From positions 1 through 42,310 of the IMG/VR virus record IMGVR_UViG_3300033076_000983: 42,310 nt of DNA. One strand, written 5' to 3'. The notes below the pieces were generated by a model. The model saw only the letters and a list, made by a program, of their open reading frames with translations, made no database searches and was not told the DNA's origin. The stretch comes from a virus (lineage: Duplodnaviria; Caudoviricetes). The position numbers were made by a program, and so were the translations under genes. Below are positions 34,380 to 42,310 of this stretch, in pieces. The first letter of the stretch is position 1. Each line of letters starts with the position of its first letter.

Positions 34380-35902
34380 TGAATAACCTCAAAACCGAGG
34401 GTTCCATCGGCATTTTGAACCACTCTTGCACTTTTTTTCCCGTTAGAAACAATTTGTCCAACCTCCAATCCTGCTAAACGTGGATCTACTTCCTTGTGTT
34501 GCTGTTGGATTGCTTTTTGCATTACGGGAGCAGGATCCGATTTCATATCCCATTCCTGTTGAAATTTATTTAAAACGCCTTCGTGGAACCCAACGCTATT
34601 TTCTGACTCGGTTTTCCCAACGGGAGCCTTCATATCCGCGAGTTTGCTCGCCCATGCGCTTAGCTGTCCCCACCGCGGGGCATCCGGCTGTTCGTGCCTA
34701 GCAAGAGCTGCTCGCATTACGTATATCAAATCAGCTCGCTTCTGGTATGACCCATCTTCAGTACCGCCTTTTGCGTAGTTCAGAATTGCCGAGTCAATAA
34801 GATCCTTACGTTGATTTTCGTCACCAATCCCCAACTTATTCAGTTGTTCTATAAGGATTTTAGCCGACCCACTGGGTTTATACTTGTCAACTTTATTGTT
34901 CGCTTTTGTAAACTTAACTACTGAATCTCCTTTATGCGTTGCGTATTCAAAAGCTGCAGCAACATCTGGGTCGATAGTCTTATTAAGAAGTTTCTGTGTT
35001 ATGTCTGCTTTAACAGCTTCAATCTGCTGTTCCCGAGGCATAGATTGATCAGCAAATACTCGAGACGTATCCATCGTCGAAAGGTACATCGTACGTTCTC
35101 TAGCCCTTTTTTCAGCTTCAAAATCAGCGGCAGCAATCTTTTGCTTCTGCTCGATACGATCGTTTGCTTTCTTTATGAACTCTTGCTTATCCGTAGGAGG
35201 TAGTGTTCCATACTCCCCCTTATTAACCGCTTCTTCGATTCCTTCCGGAGCTTGTAAAATATCATACTGTAGTCGCTCTCGATCCCATACCTGAAGTTGC
35301 TTTTGATACTCCGCTTGCATTTCTTCCGCGGATCCATAAACATGGGCGGCCAGATTAGTCCGCATTTGGCTGAAAAGTTTATTTGCCGCAATGCCCCTAG
35401 CAACAGCTCCTGCCTCACCCCGTGGGGCAGAAATATATGCGGCCATATTATTTGCAGAAAGAATGGCTGTCTGAGCTTTAAGTTTATTTACCTGAGCGGT
35501 GTTATAAATATGCTCAAGTTCTAATTTAACTATCCCAGATTGCGCGCCATACCGAGAAGTAAAATTTTGACGTCCAAGGGGAGTTGATATTTTATCTGCG
35601 GCTTCTCGGACTCCTTGCTCGAGCTGACTATGGTACTTTTGAAGTTTTTCGGGTGTCCATTCCGTTTCTTGCGCAGCTTTCGCTTTCAGTTGCGCCTGGT
35701 GAAGATCCGCGATATTAGAAGCTTCCGCTATTTCTGCCGCGCTTTTCGCGCGGAACATGACATCTCCCGCATCTTGGATCGCTCCACCTAAATTTACTAA
35801 ATCGCGCCCACTGCTAGCCGCCTGATTAACGTCACCAGGGGTTTGTTCCACCTGGTTCGTTTGCTGTGGCTGCTCTCGCGGGTCTAATGTTGGTATTCTC
35901 AT
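34376..35902 (-). CDS. Internal virion/ejection protein (gp15-like position)
   Basis: 508 aa helical protein with MRIP start and Q/A-rich N-terminus; synteny. Confidence 0.7.
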   Translation of the reverse strand: MRIPTLDPREQPQQTNQVEQTPGDVNQAASSGRDLVNLGGAIQDAGDVMFRAKSAAEIAEASNIADLHQAQLKAKAAQETEWTPEKLQKYHSQLEQGVREAADKISTPLGRQNFTSRYGAQSGIVKLELEHIYNTAQVNKLKAQTAILSANNMAAYISAPRGEAGAVARGIAANKLFSQMRTNLAAHVYGSAEEMQAEYQKQLQVWDRERLQYDILQAPEGIEEAVNKGEYGTLPPTDKQEFIKKANDRIEQKQKIAAADFEAEKRARERTMYLSTMDTSRVFADQSMPREQQIEAVKADITQKLLNKTIDPDVAAAFEYATHKGDSVVKFTKANNKVDKYKPSGSAKILIEQLNKLGIGDENQRKDLIDSAILNYAKGGTEDGSYQKRADLIYVMRAALARHEQPDAPRWGQLSAWASKLADMKAPVGKTESENSVGFHEGVLNKFQQEWDMKSDPAPVMQKAIQQQHKEVDPRLAGLEVGQIVSNGKKSARVVQNADGTLGFEVIQ

Positions 35903-36480
35903 ATTGTGATTATACTCCCGTTCGATCGATACCCTTTAGCTCCGCTATACGCCTTTGCCCCCCTCTGACTTCCCACCATCTTATTCCCTCCAACGGTTGT
36001 GTTTCGCCCACCCCCAAAACTACCAAACCCCGCCGTAGACCCATATCCGGCTGCTACGTCTAAAAGAGTTGCAAATGCGGCCATCTTACCAGATTTAGCT
36101 GCCTTCTTTCCATAATCGTGCATGAGTTCTGCTTCAGACTCAAATTGACGCGCCTCTATTTCCGCGTTATACCCGGCAATAGCGCGATTCAGTTTTGATT
36201 GGTGTAACGTCCCGACCATAACCTCGAGTGGTGTCCCCGTGTCAACAGCTACTCCCGAAGCTGCGTATCCTGCGCGTTGCGCCCCGACAATTCTATTTTC
36301 TATGACCTGCGATTGTTCGTCCGTAAGAGCTGCGGCATCACGCGTTGCTCCCGCACGCCGTAGATATATCCCGGCGTTCATATCATACATATCTTGTTTT
36401 TGTTTTCCGCCGGTATATTCCCCGTAGGCTTTCATCATCCCGCCTGCGGCCGCCATAATCGCAAAAGTTTCTGCGCCCAT
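35899..36480 (-). CDS. Internal virion protein (gp14-like)
   Basis: G/A-rich; IVGAQRAGYAASGVAVDTGTPL motif. Confidence 0.75.
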   Translation of the reverse strand: MGAETFAIMAAAGGMMKAYGEYTGGKQKQDMYDMNAGIYLRRAGATRDAAALTDEQSQVIENRIVGAQRAGYAASGVAVDTGTPLEVMVGTLHQSKLNRAIAGYNAEIEARQFESEAELMHDYGKKAAKSGKMAAFATLLDVAAGYGSTAGFGSFGGGRNTTVGGNKMVGSQRGAKAYSGAKGYRSNGSIITI

Positions 36481-38939
36481 TAAACACTCTCCTCAACTTC
36501 ACTACGAATAAAAATAGCCAAAATAAAAAGTGGAAGTGGGTGATCGATATGGATGATTATTTCATCATCCGGACGCCAAGATGTCTCGATAAACTTCTCT
36601 ATATCCCCACTGAAAAGCGCCGGTCCTTGCGTTAGGGGATCGTTTACATTTTGTAAAATAACTCTATCAAGATTGGAAAAACTTTTACCTATCTTAAAAC
36701 CTAAACTTTTCAATACACGTATTGCGGATATGTACACTCTGCGTATTTTGGTTTGCCCAACTACCGCACCCTCGTTCATTTTAAGCAATTGCATTGTACC
36801 GTCATACTTTAAACCAACGTGGACAGTTGCCGCTTTTTGTGAAAGCGTTATTGTCCCTCCGGAAACGATATACTCTTGCTCCCCAGATGGAACTGCTCCA
36901 TCAACCTGAACAGATACCGTTTCACCATTCAAGTGGTCAAGCCCCGACACAGTCTGAATCGTCTTGCGAAAAGCCCCTCCAGAAACATACTCCCCAAAGG
37001 TGGTTGTATCGACGGCGACATCGTCTTGATCCGCAATCTGAAACGTATTTGTGGTTGCATTTTTTACATAAAATATTTTACCGTTCAGTGGGTGCGCTTC
37101 TCCTGAAACTTCCTCTGGGTCAACATCCAAAATAAAAGAATCCGCACGAATCTGGTCTCCGTTTGAAAGTCCGTGCGCCGCTACGTCAAAAACCCCTGGA
37201 TCCGCATTTGTCATACCTGTGCACACAAGAGGAACGTCATAAGTCAAACTTGCGTCAACGCGAACAGGCTCCCAGTAATTATCAAAAAATTCACTCGAAA
37301 AATATTCTACCCAACGGACTATACTACCGTTGATGATACGTTTAACAATTACCCATACTTGATCATCTTCCGCGTCTGTTTGTAGGATAGACAAACTTTC
37401 TACAACTGCAGGACCTTCTGAACTATCTGCGAGTTTAATTCGGCACCAACCGGTTACTTGTTCGTCCGGATTTCGCGTAACGACAGCAATTTGCCCATCC
37501 TGCCGCACAAGCCATAGTCGGTCATTAGGACTCTGTTGATAGTCCATACTAATTGCCCCGCCGCCATCGCGCAAAATATGATCTGCAAGATCGGTTAGAT
37601 CTTTCGTAATTTGTCTGTTAACGATGTAGTTATACGTTAACTCACGCAAAGCAAATCTGTTTTTCTGCACGTAGTACAAATAGCTAGCAAGTTTTTTCGG
37701 AGAAATTTTAGCCACACCATAGTTTGTATCATTGTTGACTTCAATACTCGTCGGCGTGATAGCCCCGGTCGTTCCACCCGCATTGGCTGAGAAAGTTCCG
37801 CCGCTTGTTCCATTTTGTAGAGTCTGAACACTAGACACAAGCCATCGGATCTCATTAACTTGTTCACTGCCTAACTTGTACGTGACTGCTTCATCATCTT
37901 TAAGATCCGACGTAGTTTTAAAATTATCAAACTGCCCAATGTAGCTACCCCAAAATGTTTGCCTTTGGTAATTAGTATTCGCGTAGTAAAGTCGCTGCCC
38001 GTGAAAAGTAACTGCCGCGGGGTACCCACGATAGCCACTAAACGCTGCTTCTGCCCAATCTGTTACAGGCCCAGTGGTCGTAAGTGACCCTGCTGTTCCG
38101 TCGGGTTCCGCTTGAACTGAAGCTGTAACTGAATGTGTATTCGCAAATCCAGTTATCTTAAAAACACCACCTTTATATCTCCACAAAGATCCAACATGCG
38201 ACAAAGTGAAAACATTGGGGACATCCCCTGCCCCTACCAAACTCCAATAACCTAACGCTAAATCGGCAGCAAAAGTTGCCCCTGCTACGTGATTCGTGAG
38301 GCACTTATACGTATTCCCGCCGTTGGTTACAAAGTCAGCAATATCGGGGCCTTTCACGTAAGCAACCCCTACTGCCCACACGCTTGCATTTGCAGTAACT
38401 GTTATATTTCCTGTCGTCGCTGAAACAGAAAGTGTGTTGTGCGTAATATTGGCGTCAAGAAACGGTCCACGAATTAAATTAACTTCCTCTAGTTTAAAAG
38501 TAGTCGCTGACGTTCGTGAAAGTTTGTACGGGGGGTGGTTTGGATGGACTAAATACTGTACGTTGGCATTTTGCGAAAATTGAATATCGTCTATTTCGTC
38601 CTCAGTGTATGGACTTGCGATTTCAACGTGTACTCCACCGGAAAGTAGTCGCCCTTTCAATGTAAAAAAACGCATGTAGAGATCTCCGATCTCCACTTGG
38701 TATCCCTGCTCTGTTGAATACTGAAAGACAATAAGTCTCGATTTTTTATTGCTGTATTTTGTGGCCGCAGTGTAAACGGTACCGGGGCGAAAATAAACTC
38801 CGCCCACCTGGTGATTTAAAAAATTCTCTAATTTTTTAACTCCGTTGGCGTATTTTGCTTGATCGAAGCGCCCTAGTGCGCGAGGGGAAATTTCTCCCGC
38901 GTTAAAATTGCTTTTAGCTGTAGTTGCTTTAATCCCCAT
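36480..38939 (-). CDS. Tail tubular protein B / nozzle (T7 gp12-like)
   Basis: Start re-called at 38939; SNFNAGEISP, GGVYFRPGT, GYPAAVTFHGQRLYY, GLDHLNGETV, VHVGLKY. Confidence 0.88.
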   Translation of the reverse strand: MGIKATTAKSNFNAGEISPRALGRFDQAKYANGVKKLENFLNHQVGGVYFRPGTVYTAATKYSNKKSRLIVFQYSTEQGYQVEIGDLYMRFFTLKGRLLSGGVHVEIASPYTEDEIDDIQFSQNANVQYLVHPNHPPYKLSRTSATTFKLEEVNLIRGPFLDANITHNTLSVSATTGNITVTANASVWAVGVAYVKGPDIADFVTNGGNTYKCLTNHVAGATFAADLALGYWSLVGAGDVPNVFTLSHVGSLWRYKGGVFKITGFANTHSVTASVQAEPDGTAGSLTTTGPVTDWAEAAFSGYRGYPAAVTFHGQRLYYANTNYQRQTFWGSYIGQFDNFKTTSDLKDDEAVTYKLGSEQVNEIRWLVSSVQTLQNGTSGGTFSANAGGTTGAITPTSIEVNNDTNYGVAKISPKKLASYLYYVQKNRFALRELTYNYIVNRQITKDLTDLADHILRDGGGAISMDYQQSPNDRLWLVRQDGQIAVVTRNPDEQVTGWCRIKLADSSEGPAVVESLSILQTDAEDDQVWVIVKRIINGSIVRWVEYFSSEFFDNYWEPVRVDASLTYDVPLVCTGMTNADPGVFDVAAHGLSNGDQIRADSFILDVDPEEVSGEAHPLNGKIFYVKNATTNTFQIADQDDVAVDTTTFGEYVSGGAFRKTIQTVSGLDHLNGETVSVQVDGAVPSGEQEYIVSGGTITLSQKAATVHVGLKYDGTMQLLKMNEGAVVGQTKIRRVYISAIRVLKSLGFKIGKSFSNLDRVILQNVNDPLTQGPALFSGDIEKFIETSWRPDDEIIIHIDHPLPLFILAIFIRSEVEESV

Positions 38940-38946
38940 GTGAATC

Positions 38947-39588
38947 CTAAAGCGGATGCCACGTTTGATCACCGGGGCGAGGAGTGTTGTACAATCCGCT
39001 CAGTCTTGCGTTTTCCCATTCATCCTGGATTGCTTCTTGACCGGTGCCCTGTTGCGCGTCCGTTGAAAGTGCATTTGGTAACCGAATTTTTGTATACTCC
39101 TCAAGAAGAAGCGCTGCTTTCTTCGTCGCCTGCGTTAAATTGAAACCGATTTCCGATGCCAATCGTGTAGCAAGCGCTGTAATAAAATTGGGGAAATAGG
39201 TATTTGGGTCGATGTTACGAAAAGTATAGAAAATTTTTAAATCGGATACATTAGAAAGAATTACAACCCGACTTTGAAAATACTCAAGTTTAACTATCGC
39301 GCTAGAAGGTGAATAGTAGTTAACTTTTAAACAGTCGTTTGGCATGGCATAGACAATCGAAACGCCATCGGTCGTAACTGGAACGGTATCTGTTGTCTGC
39401 GTTAAAGCCGCTCTTTTTTGTGCAAAAGTCCATTGCCCTTGGCATAAAACTTCCTCGAGAATAGAATCATAGACATCACGAATAACACGAGATTCAGGGG
39501 TATTCTCGTCGAAAGAAGATATACGGGCAGAACCTAATTTACGAAGGGCAAGATTAGCTACCCAAATTTTATCTTTGTTAACTGCCAT
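38947..39588 (-). CDS. Tail tubular protein A / adaptor (T7 gp11-like)
   Basis: Start re-called at 39588; VANLALRKLG..RISS, WTFAQKR, YAMPNDCL, F..ALATRLA. Confidence 0.85.
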   Translation of the reverse strand: MAVNKDKIWVANLALRKLGSARISSFDENTPESRVIRDVYDSILEEVLCQGQWTFAQKRAALTQTTDTVPVTTDGVSIVYAMPNDCLKVNYYSPSSAIVKLEYFQSRVVILSNVSDLKIFYTFRNIDPNTYFPNFITALATRLASEIGFNLTQATKKAALLLEEYTKIRLPNALSTDAQQGTGQEAIQDEWENARLSGLYNTPRPGDQTWHPL

Positions 39589-39598
39589 ACTCCCTCGA

Positions 39599-39621
39599 AA
39601 GGAGGGGGCTTGCGCCCCCAC
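39599..39621 (-). repeat. GGGGGC-GCAA-GCCCCC hairpin element, copy 1
   Basis: Near-identical to 40260-40284; GNRA-capped hairpin on the minus strand, no U-tract. Confidence 0.8.
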
Positions 39622-39627
39622 CAAATT

Positions 39628-40248
39628 TTAGTTTACGTCAGCCCAAGTACCCTGCGCGCCACCAATAACAACCCAACGGTCGTTACCAACAGCTTCGAGA
39701 GTGATAGACATTCCGACCGTAGCACCGCGAATAGCATCTCCTGCGGAAGGAGATACTGTCGCACCCGCACCGGCATAATCCGCAAACGGAGAGATAATAT
39801 CTGTTCCGTCATTTGGATTAATATCCAAGTTCGAAGCGTTCGCTACTGCGAAAGTGTATCGACAACCTAGTGCTGTAGAAGCTTCAGGAAGCGTCAGAAC
39901 ATCCGCGCTATCATTGACGATCGTGCTACCGCACTGAGCGATAGTAAGCGTCGTTGTAGTCGAAGTGATCTGAGGTCTCTTGAAACCTGCTATCGTATCC
40001 CCACCATCGCCAACGATGTTTCCAGAAAGTGTTGAAACTCCTGAAACCGCCAACGTGGTAAGACTAGGTGTGAGACTTGTCGTAACTGTAACAGTTGAAC
40101 CATCGCTTGTACAAGAAAGTCCCGTGGAACAGTTAATGTCTGTTGCTGCCCCAAGAGATGTACCTGCGTTCTGAACTCCAACTGCTGCAAAAACGGCTGA
40201 AGAAACCAGAAAAAGAAGCGCAAAAAGAAATCCGATGTACTTTTTCAT
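39628..40248 (-). CDS. Capsid-decoration/fibre-like protein with signal peptide
   Basis: MKKYIGFLFALLFLVSSAVFA|; T/S/G-rich beta sequence, TLPEASTALGCRYTF; lies between capsid and tail genes. Confidence 0.7.
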   Translation of the reverse strand: MKKYIGFLFALLFLVSSAVFAAVGVQNAGTSLGAATDINCSTGLSCTSDGSTVTVTTSLTPSLTTLAVSGVSTLSGNIVGDGGDTIAGFKRPQITSTTTTLTIAQCGSTIVNDSADVLTLPEASTALGCRYTFAVANASNLDINPNDGTDIISPFADYAGAGATVSPSAGDAIRGATVGMSITLEAVGNDRWVVIGGAQGTWADVN

Positions 40249-40259
40249 GTTTTTCCTTT

Positions 40260-40284
40260 AAGGAGCGGGGGCTTGCGCCCCCAC
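40260..40284 (-). repeat. GGGGGC-GCAA-GCCCCC hairpin element, copy 2
   Basis: Near-identical to 39599-39621. Confidence 0.8.
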
Positions 40285-40293
40285 TACCGACTG

Positions 40294-40725
40294 TTAGTCA
40301 ACCGAAACTGTGATTTCGATTTTAATTACGCCTGTATTGAGAGTCGCTCCGGCGGTCAGAATTTGAATCTGATTATCGCCTGAGTTCGTACCAATCACGT
40401 AATCAAAACCCGCAGCTTTGATTGCTCCACTAACCAACAAACTATCTGCAGCATACGCAGCAATATAGCGTGCGGTCGAGTTAGAGTCTCCCACAGCCAA
40501 AGTTACCGAAGCAGCTTGCGCAGCATTGATAACTCGGATGTTTCGAATACGTGCACCTGCAGGAAGCGTCGGTCCCATTTGAATAACAGTTCCTGCGGCT
40601 TCAGTACCCGCGGGGGTATAAGAATCCGTATAAACTTTCAAACGAGCGTCCACTTGACCCTGAGCAATTTGTGATTGCCCACCTGCGTCAACGAGCGTTT
40701 TATTAACACCTTTAACTGTTGCCAT
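40294..40725 (-). CDS. Capsid decoration/cement-like protein
   Basis: 143 aa beta-sandwich-type sequence (LPAGARI, LAVGD, RYIAA) directly after the capsid gene; AGGAG RBS. Confidence 0.7.
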   Translation of the reverse strand: MATVKGVNKTLVDAGGQSQIAQGQVDARLKVYTDSYTPAGTEAAGTVIQMGPTLPAGARIRNIRVINAAQAASVTLAVGDSNSTARYIAAYAADSLLVSGAIKAAGFDYVIGTNSGDNQIQILTAGATLNTGVIKIEITVSVD

Positions 40726-40754
40726 AAAATTTTATCTCCTGTAGTTAGCTTAAA

Positions 40755-41612
40755 TTATTCGACGCAAGCGATTTCAACGACACGAACTTCTTCGAGACGT
40801 GTAGCGCCAAGTGCCATACGAAGATAAACTTGCCAAGCATAGTTCTTATCCGGTCTTTCAGTTACGCGAGATTCCATTTCCTTTTGGATCGCGAGCTGAA
40901 CACCTTTCTTTTGCCATGCGTAGCAAAGACGTTCGGAACTACCGTTTGTCAAGAAACGCTCAGAGTGAATCCATTTGAACCCGAGCCAAGTGTCGATAGC
41001 ACCTTCAACAAGTGCTTTCACCACGTTGTAGTCCGAAGAAACTACTTCGGTTGTGTTCAAAAGATCTTCCATCTGTTCTGCAGTATGACCCATGAAGCGG
41101 TCTTCTTTTTCCACTTCATTCGCGTCAAACTTTTTCTTAGCTTGGATACACTTTGTCTTCGTCATACCCGCAGAACCAGAAACGATTTGCTGTCCTGATC
41201 CGAGAGTTTGAGAAGTCGTACCATCTTTACCTGTGTACGCTGTACCGCCAAACGCCGAAATAATAACGTCGTCTGTCTTACGATTCGCTGCCGCCATCTT
41301 TGCCTGCAAATAGGTTGACTTAGGATCAACCAACATTTGAAGTGCATCAACAGGATCTTCGAGAGTATTGCTCACGAAGAAACGAGCCGTTACAGAACGC
41401 CGACGATGATCGGGAGTTTGAACGGGAGTATCTTGATAGCGAGAAAGGATTTCAACCATATCATCCGAAGCATACTGATTGTAAAGTTTCTTTTCGCCGG
41501 TGAAATTTGTGTCAACCATTACGCGCTCACGGAAACGCGAATTCATCTGCTGACTAAGGATGGAGATAGTATCTTGATACTGTCTCACAAATGCTGTATC
41601 TGGTGCGCCCAT
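40755..41612 (-). CDS. Major capsid protein (HK97 fold, BPP-1 Bbp17-like)
   Basis: FVRQY...QQMNSRFR, DTP...HRRR, AANRKTDDVII, SSDYNVVKALVEG...WLGFKWI, GATRLEE. Confidence 0.88.
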   Translation of the reverse strand: MGAPDTAFVRQYQDTISILSQQMNSRFRERVMVDTNFTGEKKLYNQYASDDMVEILSRYQDTPVQTPDHRRRSVTARFFVSNTLEDPVDALQMLVDPKSTYLQAKMAAANRKTDDVIISAFGGTAYTGKDGTTSQTLGSGQQIVSGSAGMTKTKCIQAKKKFDANEVEKEDRFMGHTAEQMEDLLNTTEVVSSDYNVVKALVEGAIDTWLGFKWIHSERFLTNGSSERLCYAWQKKGVQLAIQKEMESRVTERPDKNYAWQVYLRMALGATRLEEVRVVEIACVE

Positions 41613-41650
41613 TTTGGACTCCTTTTAGTTTTAAGATAACTTTGCTTTTT

Positions 41651-41774
41651 GCAGAGTGTCCTAAAAAGGGTCTGCGATTTTCTTTCAATCGCTTGGGCTT
41701 CCCGGAGGGAAGGTATCCAAAAATTTTGTAAAACTTAGTCGGGGTTCTGCGTTAACAGAGGTGTCCCGACTAAG
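41651..41774 (-). ncRNA. Structured 5' leader of the capsid mRNA with three GG-AYAC internal-loop hairpins
   Basis: H1 41774-41734, H2 41720-41693 and H3 41675-41651 each place an AYAC/C asymmetric loop next to GG/CC pairs. Confidence 0.65.
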
Positions 41775-41787
41775 CCCTACGATTCGA

Positions 41788-41816
41788 AATATACCTCAAA
41801 CTTTTTTAATGCGCAA
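41788..41816 (-). promoter_or_regulatory. Sigma70-type promoter for capsid/tail genes
   Basis: TTGCGC-17 bp-TATATT immediately after the scaffold stop. Confidence 0.65.
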
Positions 41817-41818
41817 CT

Positions 41819-42310
41819 TTATTTGTCAGGATGCGCCTCGCGATAGAGTTTAGTCATTTCACGAATAGCTTCCCCATGTTTGGGATCAGACTCATTCCAG
41901 TACGCATGGGACTTATCCGCAAGAACTGCCGCGATAGCTTTTTGCGCACCTTCCGCCCCCGTTGGCGCAGCAGCCCCGCCACCATTTAACGCGGGGATTC
42001 TGTCTTCAGAAATAAGCTCTCCGATAGTCGCAAAAAGTTTTGTGATTACCGGATGATTCGCTGCATCTCCAAGGGCAGCTATAGCTTCGTCTCCGCCGAA
42101 GCCTTTGACGACTTTCCCCGCTAAAGCCATTTTTGTTTCGTATTCGTTCCCCCATGTAGTTCGAAGCGCAGTCTCCCCTTCCTCCCTCGCTTTCACCGCT
42201 CGCTCCACGTTGGCCCGATACTCCGAAGCAATATCAGCTAAGTAATCTTGGTAGAGTCCTGCTGCTTGCTCTTGCGTGAGATTATGCTTATCCGCAAAAG
42301 CAATAAATTT
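41819..42310 (-). CDS. Scaffolding protein, 3' part (second allele of the overlap region)
   Basis: Open frame from the window end to stop 41819; C-terminal HAYWNESDPKHGEAIREMTKLY; same frame as 1-717. Confidence 0.8.
   Translation of the reverse strand, partial: KFIAFADKHNLTQEQAAGLYQDYLADIASEYRANVERAVKAREEGETALRTTWGNEYETKMALAGKVVKGFGGDEAIAALGDAANHPVITKLFATIGELISEDRIPALNGGGAAAPTGAEGAQKAIAAVLADKSHAYWNESDPKHGEAIREMTKLYREAHPDK
41954..42310. repeat. Imperfect terminal overlap, copy 2 (matches 1-357)
   Basis: See copy 1. Confidence 0.95.

Noticed and set aside
40726-40800. T7 10A/10B-type programmed frameshift extending the capsid protein
   Set aside because: No evident slippery sequence before the capsid stop, and the next gene has its own AGGAG RBS.
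1-42310. Alternative genetic code or phage-encoded RNA polymerase
   Set aside because: Core genes are intact in the standard code with tight packing; no single-subunit RNAP motifs are seen, and promoters look sigma70-like.

Overview
The window is an essentially complete, circularly permuted genome (about 41.95 kb) of a tailed dsDNA phage with podovirus-type morphogenesis genes. The head and tail genes are T7/BPP-1-like and the replication genes are APSE/BPP-1-like; I recognise no RNA polymerase, integrase or repressor. Two arms diverge from a repeat-rich ~1 kb non-coding control region (7758-8747). The + arm carries early genes (Zn-ribbon amidoligase and class II glutamine amidotransferase, followed by a clear type I hammerhead ribozyme) and replication genes (prim-pol/VapE, SNF2 helicase, Cas4-like nuclease, SSB, PolA, RusA). 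The - arm carries terS, peptide deformylase, terL, two GNATs, portal, scaffold (split across the window ends), capsid, tail tube, ejection proteins, an RCC1-repeat tail fibre and a holin/spanin-like cassette without a recognisable endolysin. The most striking observations are: five virion-type proteins in the structural module with classical Sec signal peptides and even numbers of mature Cys; the hammerhead ribozyme; a structured capsid leader with three copies of a GG-AYAC internal-loop motif; and a tRNA-like cloverleaf after ssb. All calls come from reading motifs by eye; no database searches were run.
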